Assembly: GCA_002633005.1 (NCBI GenBank)
Contig: NMRA01000246.1
Span: forward strand, 13,240-77,239
From: Phoronis australis
Lineage: Eukaryota > Animalia > Phoronida
DNA length: 64,000 bases
Direction of reading: 5' to 3'
The position numbers and the translations under genes were made by a program. The notes beneath the pieces were generated by a model. That model made no database searches, had not been told where the DNA came from, and saw only the letters and a list, made by a program, of their open reading frames with translations. How positions within the stretch are numbered: the first letter of the stretch is position 1; the number at the start of each line of letters is the position of its first letter. Below are positions 1 to 13,082 of this stretch, piece after piece.

Positions 1-2154
1 GACAGCAATGGTGACTGACTCCATGTTAGCTTTGAAAAAATAAAGCAAATATTTTGCATTCAAGGGAATACTTGAGTAATTCAACATTTGTCGAGATAAT
101 AAGTCTATTAGTTGGATATGTTTATGGTAACTAGAGACTGTTTTTGTGGAAAAACATTGAATAATTAAAGTACAAGCATTTTAATCATCCAAAATATAAA
201 AATAAAACAACAATAATGAATCAACTGATATAATCACACCCTTGTTCAACAAAAAGAGAAATAATGACACATACGTTCAATGTTATTGACACAAGGAAAT
301 TATCAAGTTCTCAAGTGGAGAATAAATTAGCTTTATTCCTCTCCGAGAGCAACATAAAATTCCAAATCTAATATCAGAAAATGTCAGCAAATATGTCGCG
401 TTAAGTAGTCACTAGATTTCTTGATACAGTAACCCCTGTTTCATTATTCGTTATGGCGTCTTTTCTAACCTATTGTGCATTTCGTGAGGTTTCATTGTCA
501 CGCGTGGTCAAATAAATGTTTCAAAAATCCAAATGGAAGAACGGTGGGTTTCTGCAGTAATGTGACATTAAGTTTGTAAAAATATTACTGTTTGAATGCG
601 ATTGATGGATTTTTTAACAATGCAAGAACTGGACAGCAAAAAGAGGAACATTCGGACAGAAAATGAGAGTGAGTGATGCTTTCTTTTTGCTGATACCATA
701 GTTTATTGCATTTGATGCGAGAGTCCCAAAGTACAATAACAAACATTTATACAAGCAACATTAAGTACTACACATCGAGTAAAACCATTTTCTCTTCGCA
801 ATGTGGCTAAATAAAACAACCCAACAATGTTAACATCATGAGTCATCATAATCTTTTTGAAGTATAGGGGTCATGCCTACTTTTAAAGAAACTAGACTAC
901 TTTAGTGAGACCTCTCTACAGCCACAACACCTAATCAGGAAACTGGCCTAGATGGATCCGGAACTCTAGTGACTCTTATAAGGGAAGGCAATTTTTATTA
1001 AGAAGCTGAAATTAACATGAATGCTACATCAAGATCTTGAAGCAAAGAAACATATTTGACAATTTTTGAATAGTAAAAAGGTGCATAAACGACCATGTAG
1101 ATACCCACATTGGTGTTAATGAAACTGTGAACACCTGTCAGACTAAACCAATGTTATGAATATTTCAAGACTCTGTCCTCGCATACAGTATTCCCTAACT
1201 GCACCAACTGACCAAATGTTTTGGGAGAAAGATGAATACGTGGCACTATTTAAAACCTAACTGGCATTTCTGAAATGCAACCCCAGAGAACACCTAAAAG
1301 GAATAACATTCCAGATACTGCATGAAACTGTAACTTCAAATTACCTTCTATCTGTCAAAAATGATCTAAGGTTTTTGATAACACGGAATACCTAAATGAG
1401 TAAAAGTTACTTAGAATAATTACCTCACAATATTGGCCTTAATTTCCGAAAAACTTTGTTTTGCTTTTCCTAACTTAACACAGCTTTTAATCCTATTCCA
1501 GGGAGAGAGGCAAAATTCCGTCACCGCGTTTTGCCCAAAACTTTAAGACGGGCTTTTTGATAGATTCTGAAAATCCCTGAAATGTTGGCGGATGTACTTT
1601 CCCTTTTATTATGAAAAACTAATGACTGGGAATCGAACACAAGCTAATTTATTTCACTTCATAGCCTTAAACGGCATTCGGTTATTACAAGTAAAAACTT
1701 TTGAACGGCTTCCTTGCTCTACACTAAAATGCAGTGGACAAAAACGTGATTTTTGTCTAAGAAAAAAATTATTTTTTAGAAAACACCAAAGTTTAGAAAG
1801 AGAACAATAGCATTCGTGTGAAAATTTGACTCTGCCCTTTCTTTAATCATGTCTTAATTTTTGTAAAACTTACCTCTCTCCCACAATTTTGACTATACTC
1901 TGTCGCTGCTAGTTTTCGAAACTGCCGATGGGGCGTGGCGATTAAATGTCATGTAATGCTAAATTTGGCATATTCTTGGATACCTTTGTGCTTTACAAAA
2001 TGTTTTAATGGGTCAAAGTCACAGGACAAACTGATGGACAACTGATTGAGCGAACAGAGTTTGGTGTATAGGATAACAGCTCAAATCACTTTGGTTCGAG
2101 ACTAGTTAACATCAGATGCTCGTTCGCAGGAAAATCCATCTCTAAGTGATCAAC

Positions 2155-2940
2155 TCTTATGCGTCTTTACAAGAGGGAAATACAACAGACGTTTTATCAA
2201 CAAGATGGCTTTTATTTACCACTAAGCCTATCTCCATTCACGAGAGCCATGTGCACGTACAAATAGCGCCATCTATAATCTATGTCATACGTCGCTCTTT
2301 TCCTTTAACAAATACTAAAATGAACAGAGAGTGACACTGACTACCTAGTAACTATAAACGCGTAACACAACTATTGTGAACTAATGCTTGTTTGGAAAGT
2401 AAAACGTTCACTATATCTAATTGGCTTACTTGCCACACAACCTAATCTATTTCTATAAGGAGAATCGGACTGGGCAATCTTACCATGTTGATTTTCAGGA
2501 TGTTTTGTGCTTTCCTGATATGATCCTTCGTGACCACACGATTCATTTTCTGTTGGTGCTTCAGGTGCGGAGACTGACATCATTGGTTGACGGTCGAGTG
2601 TAGGCCTATGCGTGACCTTCTCAGTAGTCGGTGATTCCTGTTACTTCTGATCACGTGGCGTGTCGGCAGATCTCTGATAAAGTACGATCGTTCTGCGACG
2701 GACTGTTTTATCACTACGGCTGGGTCCCACTTTCCCTTCTGAGAACTTTGCATTATATCGAGATTAGTATTTGAATACTTTTGCATATCGCGAATCGAGA
2801 TATATAATAACGCCGTGGTACAAACACGTACGTCGTATAACCATAGATTATAAACAGATTCGCAACTCCGGCATATCCTTACGTGCTGAGTTGAACTCTC
2901 CTGACCTATCTGCTGCAGTTTCCGGTCAGTGTATTTTGAC
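2155..2940 (-). mobile_element. Ty3/Gypsy LTR retrotransposon 3' remnant (integrase C-terminus, PPT, short 3' LTR)
   Basis: Minus-strand translations EFNSARKDMPELRI, GKWDPAVVIKQSVAERSYFIRDLPTRHVIRSNRNHRLL and YRNRLGCVASKPIRY match the typical Gypsy pol tail (W.PA.V...RSY.V...RRNR.HL; TRSGR..KP.RY). They are followed by a polypurine tract (aaaggaaaagagcga, 2292-2306) and a ~137-bp LTR-like block (2155-2291) with AATAAA and mutated TG/CA ends. Confidence 0.7.
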
Positions 2941-3259
2941 GAGAAATACTTGCATCTACTTTACTGTCCATTACTGTCCAAAACAACGAAAAAATATTAA
3001 TTTCGGCATTGAAACGCTTTTCAAAGTCTTTCAATAGTAGAAGTGTTGGTATTGTGAGTACATTTGGCAATGCTGCTGGTAATTAATTACAAAATTCAAA
3101 CTTCGGTGCCGACTGATTATGTCGTCTGCTTGCCCAATAGCAGCATAGTTATCGGACAGTTTTTGATTGATGGTTCACATAGGCTTACTGAGAAAACTAC
3201 GAAAGCGTGTTTATAAATCAACATTCTCAAGTGAGCAGTTCTTCTGGGAAGTGTTGAGT

Positions 3260-3316
3260 GGCCCTTAAAAGGGTCGTTGGTTGTAGCTATAGCGTGAAAT
3301 GGTTCTTAAAAGAACC
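3260..3316 (-). other. Two tandem histone-mRNA-type 3' stem-loops with no histone gene
   Basis: Minus strand reads caacGGTTCTTTTAAGAACCatt (3301-3316) and ccaacGACCCTTTTAAGGGCCACtcaac (3260-3275), then purine-rich cagaagaa. Both fit the 6-bp stem/4-nt loop SLBP consensus; the second has one stem mismatch. Confidence 0.55.
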
Positions 3317-3480
3317 GTTGAATAATTCAACATAAATCACACAGTATACCATGCACACTCAAGTACTGAGGGTCCTCTTCATTCAAGTTTTCATCTGGGA
3401 AGGTTGGATGAAAGCAGAGAAGATGGCAATATCGATGACAGTTGTATCACCTTATATAAATGTTACCGTTCTCCAATGTT

Positions 3481-3634
3481 ATCACGAACCCTGCCTTTTT
3501 CAGTTCTTGTTCCTGGATTCAGAAGTAGCCCTGAACCATAGGGAAAAGACATGGCTAATCACGAACCCTGCCTTTTTCAGTTCTTGTTCCTGGATTCAGA
3601 AGTAGCCCTGAACCATAGGGAAAAGACATGGCTA
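3481..3634. repeat. Perfect 77-bp tandem duplication
   Basis: atcacgaaccctgcc...gacatggcta occurs identically at 3481-3557 and 3558-3634. Confidence 0.95.
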
Positions 3635-4761
3635 CGAAAACGAATCAAATTTTGAAAATCATCGCCTTCGTGTGATTACGTGTTGCTGTCGCCAGACTGT
3701 TGTTCCTCCCCAACATCAATGTCGAAAATCGACGTTACAAGTGATGGAAACTTGTGTCCTTTGTTTCTAACTTTTTACCCATTTTTTAAGAAAGGAGTGT
3801 ACTGATTTTGTCTAACGTTGATAGACCATAACTTTTGGTTTTTACAATGCATTAATTGTGTTGAATGCATTCATATTAGGTGGCTTCATTGAGTTGAACA
3901 GAAAATAAACTAAATGTAACACAATAAAATTTTGAAAATAAATAGAACAGTAAAACAGGACTCCCTAAAAATCGAGCTGTTTTCGAAAACTTTGCGCCAT
4001 TGGTTATCCGCCAGTGATTGGTTCATGCATTTACGGCGGGAAAATAATAGACCAAGTATCGTGCACGTGTGCACTGTAGCAACACTTTGTATCATATTGT
4101 TATTTGGCCAATCTGTTGATACAGCAAATTTCCTTATTTATGCCCATCCTGATTTGACTGCAACTTGAGCTTGTTGGGTTCTATCATATATTTGGTTGGC
4201 ACTGGGACCCACATGATGCTTACTCGAATGGGCTTCATTTTACCAAGTATTTCAAATTGAGGTGAAGTAAATAAACAAAGTGGGTAATTATCATCACCAG
4301 AATTTCATCATTAGTAACTTTTGCCGGGTGCTCAAATTTTCTGATATTAGGGATTGTCAGATTTGTAAGGTAGAAGTGTTTCCCTGGATTTCCAGGTCTG
4401 TGGCGTTACTTATACCGGACCAAAATTAAAAAAACAAACCTTTGTTTAAATCAGGAGCTGCATGATACTCATTTATTAGACGTGCGCAGGCATTGCACTG
4501 ATCACTTGGAACCATTTTTATGGTTTATTAATATATAGTTAAACCAAGCTGAGGAGCTTGAAACCTGATTCACGGCAATTTTTGGCAGTGGTATTTTCTG
4601 AAAAATGCTCGTAAGTTGACAACAAAGTTTGATAGCAATGCACTGCAGTTTTGTAGAAACTCTGTTCATAGGTTACGGATGCGTCACAGAGCGTAACTTT
4701 GATGAATTCTAGCTTACGATTTCACCTGTTTCGGAGACAGGGTTTCAACCACTTTTGGGCT

Positions 4762-4831
4762 ATAATAAGCGCCCTCTTCCTGAAGCGGATTTTTCTAAGC
4801 ACCCTGGCCGCTTATTAGGGCGCATACGGTA
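4762..4831. mobile_element. Probable end of a Tc1/mariner-pogo-type MITE
   Basis: Short internal inverted motifs (taataagcg / cgcttattag) and a terminus ...gcatacgg|TA; the other end was not found. Confidence 0.3.
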
Positions 4832-7704
4832 ATATTTCAGAAGGGAAATACTTAGTATCCATTATGCACCGGAATCTTTTGTTACATCAGGAGTGTGATT
4901 GGCTCATTATGTACCCTACAGGTGGCATAGGACTTTACAAAACTGGTTGAAGAACTTTTTTTTCGTTATAAACGTTCGTTTGAAAGGCTTAAGTTTAGAA
5001 ATGTTAGGACTTAAGGCGGAAATTTAAAAAACCATATGTACGCTTACAAAAAAATTAACATTGAAGAATAAAAACAACCTTTACACCCCGCTGGTGTTGC
5101 TGTTCCATGTTATCAAAGAAGTTGGTTGCATTTTCATAGACGGCAGTCGAGAGATTTTGTGCGGCATACATGTATATTCGACATGAAATTAGTGTGTAAC
5201 CTGCTGTTGAATTGCGAGATAGATTTTGACTCGTTCGGGTGCTTATTTATGAAGTATTAAAGTAATCTTTATTTATGTTAAAGGTTTTACCAGCGTTCTA
5301 TTTATTGTACACGAATGTGAATGTGTTGAAATCGCTGATCCAAATCCTAGTCAAAAGTGCGCATTCTGCTGAAACCAACCGTCTGATCAGGGCCAGCGAA
5401 GAGTAATTTGGTTAATTCGCACACTAGGCTATGGCTGAACTTCCTTGTAAGGACAGGAGTTTACGAGTCACTACCTTTGGAAGAAATTTAGCGGATAATT
5501 TCGTCAAAAAGTTTACCGGATAGTTTTTATCAAAACGGAGAAAACAAAAATGGATTTGTGAAGACAGGATTAAGACTAAGTATAGTAGAGTCTCTTAAAA
5601 ACATTCATCTTCGAAGTGCCTTGTCTTATTGCTGAAACAACTGCCATTCACGTTGACACAAGAAGTAAGGTTTTCTTCCCACAGCCGATTGTGGGGTCTT
5701 CAGATGGTATGGAGGATAATTCCTTAGCATTTCGCGGGTGTGGCCGAAAAACCGGCCACACAGTAGCAGACGACGTACTTGCCGGAAATTGCACCAGATA
5801 ATTTAGCCAGATGTCGCCAGTGAATAATGACGTAAGGGCTTGTGCGTAAGGTCACAGATTTCGTCCATTGAAAGTATACGGAGTTGGCGGTCCATGTACT
5901 ATAGTCTATGGTATAACCTATATATTTTATAGAGATCAATAAAAGTATACATGCAAGTCATGAAATCAAAAACAACAGAGTCCGCTTTTTATAACTACCG
6001 TAAGTAAAGAGGTTAGCTTCAGGTAGCAATACGATAGGTATAACAAAACCATCAGTCATGGAGGATGAAATTGTCATTACTAATTATGTCCTATTACCTC
6101 ACCTAAGAGCTTTACTAAAGCAGCACTGTATGGTGCTCAGCAGATGGGGGTGTTTCACTGGGCTCATTCGTGGCGTAGCTGTGATCTATTGGCTGGAAAA
6201 GTAACCCTTACATTATAACAAATACAACATGCAGGAAAAATATGTGGCATCAGCAGTATTGTCTATGCAGCGTCATTCACTCTTTCCCATTAATGCAGCT
6301 AAGTAACCACCCATCGGAGTAAAGTTGCTTTGGAATAACGCCTGATTGATATATTTTTCAAGTAATGACCCTTCGGACTATACATGTAGGTCCTTCGAAG
6401 TACACTGAAGGCCCATCACAGTAAAGACCTAAGCCCATACTAGTCTACTGGTCTTAATTAACATCACAGCATTTCCCCTTAGAAGGTCCTCACATTTGCT
6501 GTTTATCACCTATTCCTTGGATCTGAATGTATAAACACTGAAGTGAATTGAAGAAATGAAAGAAATTACAGTTTAGATCCAATCACAGAATAGAAACACA
6601 AGTTATCAGTAGGCCCTAAGTCATGAAGCACATGCAGGACAATTTCGGTTATAGTTTGATAGCTGGGTCAATCACTCAAAATTCATTTGAGAACCAGTTA
6701 CTACCTCTGAATAACCGGCGTAATTCATTGGGAAAAACTGGCTCTAAAATCAAGTACCCATCATCCCGGCCACGTATCTGATTACAAATCACTCTGCCAA
6801 CATAATTACCTGACTGGCAGCATTTTCACAAAAAGGATTCTTTGTATCACTCGTATATCTCACCTGTCTTGATCATTGGGGAGAAGTGCAAGTCCCGAGT
6901 TTTCAACTGACTGTTGCTGCAGCGCAAAAAGCTCCCCTGATACTCTTTTTAGGAACCGCAGCCACCATATCTTGTTTTTAAGTTACTTGACACAGCACTA
7001 CCATTAGAAGTATTAACAATGGGAAATCTATAGGAACTACATGATCAGATAAAATATCTTGTCTCTGTGACAACTGACCACGAGTATCGCCATATTCCTT
7101 TTTTCGCACCCACACCAGCTAGACGTCTCTACGGTCCATGAAACAACAATGTCCGCCAGTGGCCGTCCAATAGGATTTCGCTAGGTGACACATCTCCCTC
7201 TCTACAGTCTCTGATATCGCAAAAACGGGTAATGAGACTAAATCTCGCGAGATATTACCGGTTCATAGCCGCGCCAAATAAACCGTGGAAAAACGGTTCG
7301 TCATTGTTTTGATTTGAATGAGTTTCGTAGCAGTTAGGATTACCTTTTTAAAATTGTAATTATAATCCTTGTAGCTGAGAAAATCCGTATTAGTCGACTC
7401 GTTTATGTATCAAAATAAAGATTTATCTCCCTTGTCATACAAACTTGGGGAATGCCCAATCGATGAAATCCCCGAATAGAATTGCTACGTATGCGGACGA
7501 TAATGGGGTACTTGTAGTATTAAATGAAGCAATTTTAAAAGAACAAAAGGCATTGAAACGGTTTAGTGAACATTAAATGTTCACTGTACGATTAAAATGA
7601 AATAAAACTAGCAGAAGAGGCACAATTGACAGATCAGATGATTGCGCCATTGACGTTCCTACACTGAACTGCAATTTGATTGCTTATTGGCCCTGTACTT
7701 CACC

Positions 7705-8095
7705 AAAGTTTATAGTAGATCTTCAAGACATAATGACAGGATTGGCAATTGCAAAAGGGTTGGCACATTTGAAGATCAACTTCACTGTTAAAATGAGAAA
7801 ACAGATTGTTGAGCTGACGGAAAAGTTCGGAATATATGACGTGCACTAGATTACAATGCCAGAACAGCCACAGTTTTTTCGCAAGACGACAGTGATGTCG
7901 TTACTGATGATAAATAAACTAGTGGTGACGTTTTTAGTACTGGTTCCAGTTAATGATATAATTAAAAGGAAATTATCAAGTAGTGTACCTGTATGTGACA
8001 GTGTGAAACGCTTGCAAAACAAGGGATTAACTTCCAACGTGGCAATTGTGGTAATCGACGAAAGACACAATTGTGCTAGAATGGTGAATTTAATG
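7705..8095 (+). pseudogene. Possible decayed Mutator-like (MULE) transposase fragment
   Basis: Fragments FIVDLQDIMTGL, KFGIYDVH and KRLQNKGLTSNVAIVVIDE resemble, in order, motifs I recall from invertebrate Mutator-like transposases (IV.L..L..GL; YDVN; L..KG..V..LV.DDD). Contains stops and frameshifts. Confidence 0.35.
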
Positions 8096-9186
8096 CAGAA
8101 AAAAATAATTCCAAAAATATCTATTCATATCACAACAGGTTTCACAGCACCAAATATTTATACCTCCTTTAATAAACTATTGACCAGAAATTTCCCAATC
8201 TGTGCCTGGAAGTTTTATGGAAATCTGGAAAAGCTACCAAAAATAATCGAAAACATTATTTGTTCAATGTAGTGGCACTTTTAGTTCATTTACTTCTGTA
8301 CCTTCAAAGGTCCCAAGCGAATTTTCATAAAATTTGGTAGATTGGCTCTGTAAGTGAGATGAAGTTATTTACCCATTTTGGATGGATTAGATGTATTTTG
8401 CACCACCTATTGTCTCGTGTCCATTTTTATTGTTTTCGGTATAGTTTTCATATAATTTGGGAGACTGCGACATTTTCCCACTTTGGGATGTGTTCAATTT
8501 TTTCTGTGCTGTCTAATGGCCATTTTTATAGTACTAATAAACACGATTTGCGGTGCTATCGTGGGCACATGTCAATGCTCCACATTGCTGTTGTTTGTAT
8601 CATTATTTTACAGAATATTTTTTTCTATGTTGTATTACTGTGACCTATGCTGACATGACATGTAAATTACTATGTTGCCTGGTCTCTAATGGCAATTTCT
8701 CTGTTCCTTTTGAACAAACTCAGGATAAGAGGTTATCAGCCTGCTCCAATACATTATAGTTGATGCAGTTTATAGTTTGCTCTTGAAGACCCTTATATTT
8801 GTGCTACAAACTCGAGTAAAAACTCTAAATTTTGAGTTCACGCTCGAACTTTTAGCCTTTATGTTGGGTTTATCAACTGCAAACTAGGACTAATAAATTA
8901 TCTGCTTAATAAGTCATTATGTATACAAGCATAGAATAATAGACACTTATCTTAAGTTTGCACAAAAGTAGAGTAGAAAATACCAAACATAATTTCAAGT
9001 CCATTTCGAGTAAAAAGATTAGAGACTGGGCAAATGGTTTGTTTCCTTAAAATATACTTTCATCACTGTCCATTTTCAGATCCAGGTGACATAGCTGACG
9101 AGTAACCACTGAAGAAAATTATGGACTTGCCAAGACACAGAAGAAGAACAAGAACCAGAATTTTTGCCATGCACTGAGGAACATAG

Positions 9187-9858
9187 NNNNNNNNNNNNNN
9201 NNNNNNNNNNNNNNNNNNNNNNNNNNNNNNNNNNNNNNNNNNNNNNNNNNNNNNNNNNNNNNNNNNNNNNNNNNNNNNNNNNNNNNNNNNNNNNNNNNNN
9301 NNNNNNNNNNNNNNNNNNNNNNNNNNNNNNNNNNNNNNNNNNNNNNNNNNNNNNNNNNNNNNNNNNNNNNNNNNNNNNNNNNNNNNNNNNNNNNNNNNNN
9401 NNNNNNNNNNNNNNNNNNNNNNNNNNNNNNNNNNNNNNNNNNNNNNNNNNNNNNNNNNNNNNNNNNNNNNNNNNNNNNNNNNNNNNNNNNNNNNNNNNNN
9501 NNNNNNNNNNNNNNNNNNNNNNNNNNNNNNNNNNNNNNNNNNNNNNNNNNNNNNNNNNNNNNNNNNNNNNNNNNNNNNNNNNNNNNNNNNNNNNNNNNNN
9601 NNNNNNNNNNNNNNNNNNNNNNNNNNNNNNNNNNNNNNNNNNNNNNNNNNNNNNNNNNNNNNNNNNNNNNNNNNNNNNNNNNNNNNNNNNNNNNNNNNNN
9701 NNNNNNNNNNNNNNNNNNNNNNNNNNNNNNNNNNNNNNNNNNNNNNNNNNNNNNNNNNNNNNNNNNNNNNNNNNNNNNNNNNNNNNNNNNNNNNNNNNNN
9801 NNNNNNNNNNNNNNNNNNNNNNNNNNNNNNNNNNNNNNNNNNNNNNNNNNNNNNNNNN
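9187..9858. other. Assembly gap (N run), followed by (TA)n
   Basis: Run of n. Confidence 1.
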
Positions 9859-11154
9859 TATATATATATATAGGGTAGACCGTTTAATGAATATGCAAGT
9901 GTGGCATTGTCTGGGTAATACCTTATTAAGTATTCAATTTAAGTCCTTTTTTCGAAGCTCATTTATTTGAGAAAAGCTCATTTCAAATGAGAAGGTGTTT
10001 ATAGAGGTCCTAGTGAGGTTCTAGCGATATTTAACTCAACCCAGGTTCTGATGGCACCGTTTAAATAATCAAAGCACTTAGTGAACTATTTCGCCGGGTG
10101 CAAAAGGGATTTCAATAGATTTATGTGAGCATACGGACCCGTCATATCTCCCCTTTTTCATCTATTCGAACTGACCCACTAATTTATTTCCGCCTATTTC
10201 CAGCCTTCTTATTGGTCAATGTTGTCATGAACCTTGAGTTAACCTCTCGCTTCTTATACAGTAGTATAATGATTGTTACGTGTCCATAAGATTTTTTAAA
10301 TTGTAAATTCTTGTGTTTCAGTTCCAGATTTTGTGTCTATCCAATTTTACCAACGCTCTATCACCACTTTTGACACTCTTTCGTAAGTCTGTCTGGCGCT
10401 TTTTAGTTGCCCGCCTTTCCAGCGATCATTATTTTAAGTATATTTTATACCACAGTATCAGCCTCGAATGGCCAATACAACCGTGTAATAACCCATTTAG
10501 TAATCTCACTAGTGAGATAACATTTTGGCGGGAATCGAGGCCGGTTTCGAAACCGGTCCGCAAGAGTTTCGAGTCGTCGACAAAACCACTGCACCACCCA
10601 GAGGCTGACGTCATCCAACGTGAAAATGGAATACTAAAATGCGCACGCGCAACAATCGCATGTTCAACAAAGAGCATTGTACCGACATTTATACGCTATG
10701 AAAAATAAGACGCATAATTTCCATAAAAACGATATTTTACTTCAGTGAAATTTATCTCTCATTTTCTCTCACTTGTAATTCACTGATCTCCAATCTGAAT
10801 GCGGGCATCGTGTCGTCGGGATCCTTTGTCTTGAGCATTATAGTCAGTTACAAGTGGTAATCAATTTTAGCAAACCATATTTTCCCGGTCGAAGCCTATC
10901 GTGATAAAATGTGTAGTAAGCTATAATAGTTGCTAAACGCTAATTTATTGATTCACTTTCTTTCCATTTTGTTTAAATTTTCAATGGTTTTGAGTAAAAG
11001 CATTATTTGACAAAAAATAGCTCGGCTTTTCTAAAAGGTCACGACCTCCGACTCCGGGCCTCTGACATAGAAAGTAGTTACAAAGCCGAGTCGAGTCGAG
11101 AAAGGTAGATCGATCCATTGCAATGTTTCTCGTTCTGTATGTGATATAAATATG

Positions 11155-11267
11155 TTATTACATGTTCTCAATCGTTATCCCCCTTATCTAGAGTCCCCGT
11201 GCACTAATACTCCAAAATCCCCTCGGGCTCTAGAATGCGGGGGATAACAACTGAGAACATGTAATAA
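11155..11267. repeat. Palindromic (hairpin) MITE-like element
   Basis: Left arm ttattacatgttctcaatcgttatcccccttatctagagtccc pairs with the reverse complement of the right arm, ttattacatgttctcagttgttatcccccgcattctagagccc. Confidence 0.85.
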
Positions 11268-12409
11268 TCTACAAATATTTTCTATCGTATTCCTGATGCT
11301 TGTATTTTGTCATGATAAATGACCTTATTTTGCCAACCTCGGTGCCCTTTGTACCTCTGGTGACGACGTTGTGACGCACGCAGTGTAAAAATACTACCTT
11401 TTGAAGTGGGTTGACATTTTGATTTGGAATGAGGGTGTCTATAGAGGTTATAATATTTTAATATTGATTTGCTCAAGAAATCAATGTGAGAAGTATAGTG
11501 TGCACGGGTGCACGTATTTAACCATTTCTAGTTTCGCGTGATCAGTTTACGTTTTTTTATCGTGACTTGTCATGCGTTAACCGGAAAGGGTTTTGTTACG
11601 CTCTCTTGTAGTTTTTTTCTCTATCTCTCTGAATAAGACGTTTTCTATTTGTTCTTTCTGTAGTTTTGTTCAACAAAAACTTGGCGACCCTAGAACATTG
11701 ACAGTGAGAGACCTCTTACTTCTTAAATAACATTTAATGTCAATTGAGTCTGGTCTCTGTTTGGTAGGTGGTGCGATATTTTTCAAAAATGAAAATCGAT
11801 CTAATCTTAACAAAAAATGATGCGTGATTTTTTACTCATCGTTTGACAAATCATGGCTTTTTTTAGCTCACTTCCCTTTACTTCAGTGTCTTTGTGTAGT
11901 TTATCAAGAAAAAACCCAATAGTTTGGCCGATGTGGGTCGACTTTCTTTTTGGTTGGTGAGCGAAGATCTTAAAATGAGAAATAGTGAAGCCAACCGGCG
12001 AGAAAAATTCTGAGATCAGCCCTATCGCGGAATAAATGGAAAATGAAAATCTTGCGTCGCTGTCAAACACTGCGCTGGTTGAGCTCTATCCCGCTCACGG
12101 AATGACAGAGTGATTAAGCGTGCATGTAACTGACTGGTAAAACTACGGCTAAAATTCAGGAAATGTCCGGCAGAAAAGGTGACAATTGGCGATCTGTAAT
12201 AAAAACACAACGGAGTGCATTGTCCTATAGCTCTCCTCGAAACTACATGTAAGTCTACCCCTTTCAACAGTAATTCTAGAATTGCGATTTCCGATGGTAA
12301 AAACGATAATGTCCTTTTAATAAGGAATAAAAATCCAACTCCAGGTCCGCCCTGAAATAGACCAGGGCTGACTAACTCGAAGTTAGGTTATCTGAAGGTG
12401 ACCTTAAGT

Positions 12410-12557
12410 TAGCATCTCATTCACAATATAGATAAATCCGCCAACTCGAAGCCAGCTTAATGTCACCTTAGTGCAAGGATATATAGCATCTCATTCACAA
12501 TATAGATAAATCCGCCAACTCGAAGCCAGCTTAATGTCACCTTAGTGCAAGGATATA
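12410..12557. repeat. Perfect 74-bp tandem duplication
   Basis: tagcatctcattcac...caaggatata occurs at 12410 and 12484. Confidence 0.95.
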
Positions 12558-12704
12558 TTAACATGAGTTGAAAAGTCGTCGCAAGTTAAGGTGGCCCCAA
12601 GCTTACCTTAGCTTCACTTTTTCTCTAAAGTGTTGGAGAAACAGTCACGAACATACATGTATTGTTGAATTTGCTATTTATATAGTTTATATTGTTGCAA
12701 ATTT

Positions 12705-13082
12705 AGTATCATTATTATTACCATTATTATTGATGTTGTTGTTGTTGTTGTTGTTGTTGTTATTATGGTTGTTAGTGCTACTGTTATTGTTATAGTTGTT
12801 AATGTTAATGTTATTCATATTGTTATTTTTGCCATTATCAACATCATCATTATCATCAGCATTTTTATAAACTATTGTTGTTGTTGTCTCTCTNNNNNNN
12901 NNNNNNNNNNNNNNNNNNNNNNNNNNNNNNNNNNNNNNNNNNNNNNNNNNNNNNNNNNNNNNNNNNNNNNNNNNNNNNNNNNNNNNNNNNNNNNNNNNNN
13001 NNNNNNNNNNNNNNNNNNNNNNNNNNNNNNNNNNNNNNNNNNNNNNNNNNNNNNNNNNNNNNNNTCTCTCTCTCTCTCTCTC
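12705..13082. repeat. (ATT/GTT)n microsatellite plus (CT)n tracts flanking an assembly gap (N 12894-13064)
   Basis: Direct reading. Confidence 0.95.

Noticed and set aside
3481-3634. CRISPR-like or other prokaryotic repeat array
   Set aside because: Plain doublet with no spacers in eukaryotic DNA; no CRISPR, rRNA or operon structure was seen anywhere in the window.
5616-5939. Overlapping short ORFs with a Cys-containing YVVCYCVAGFS segment (EGF-like?)
   Set aside because: No full cysteine pattern or consistent splice sites, and stops in all frames.
9164-9970. 268-aa ORF in the track, and the X-filled ORFs at 12687-13357
   Set aside because: Artefacts of translating through N gaps and microsatellites.
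12568-12795. ORF with a poly-Leu, transmembrane-like stretch
   Set aside because: Product of a (GTT/ATT)n microsatellite.
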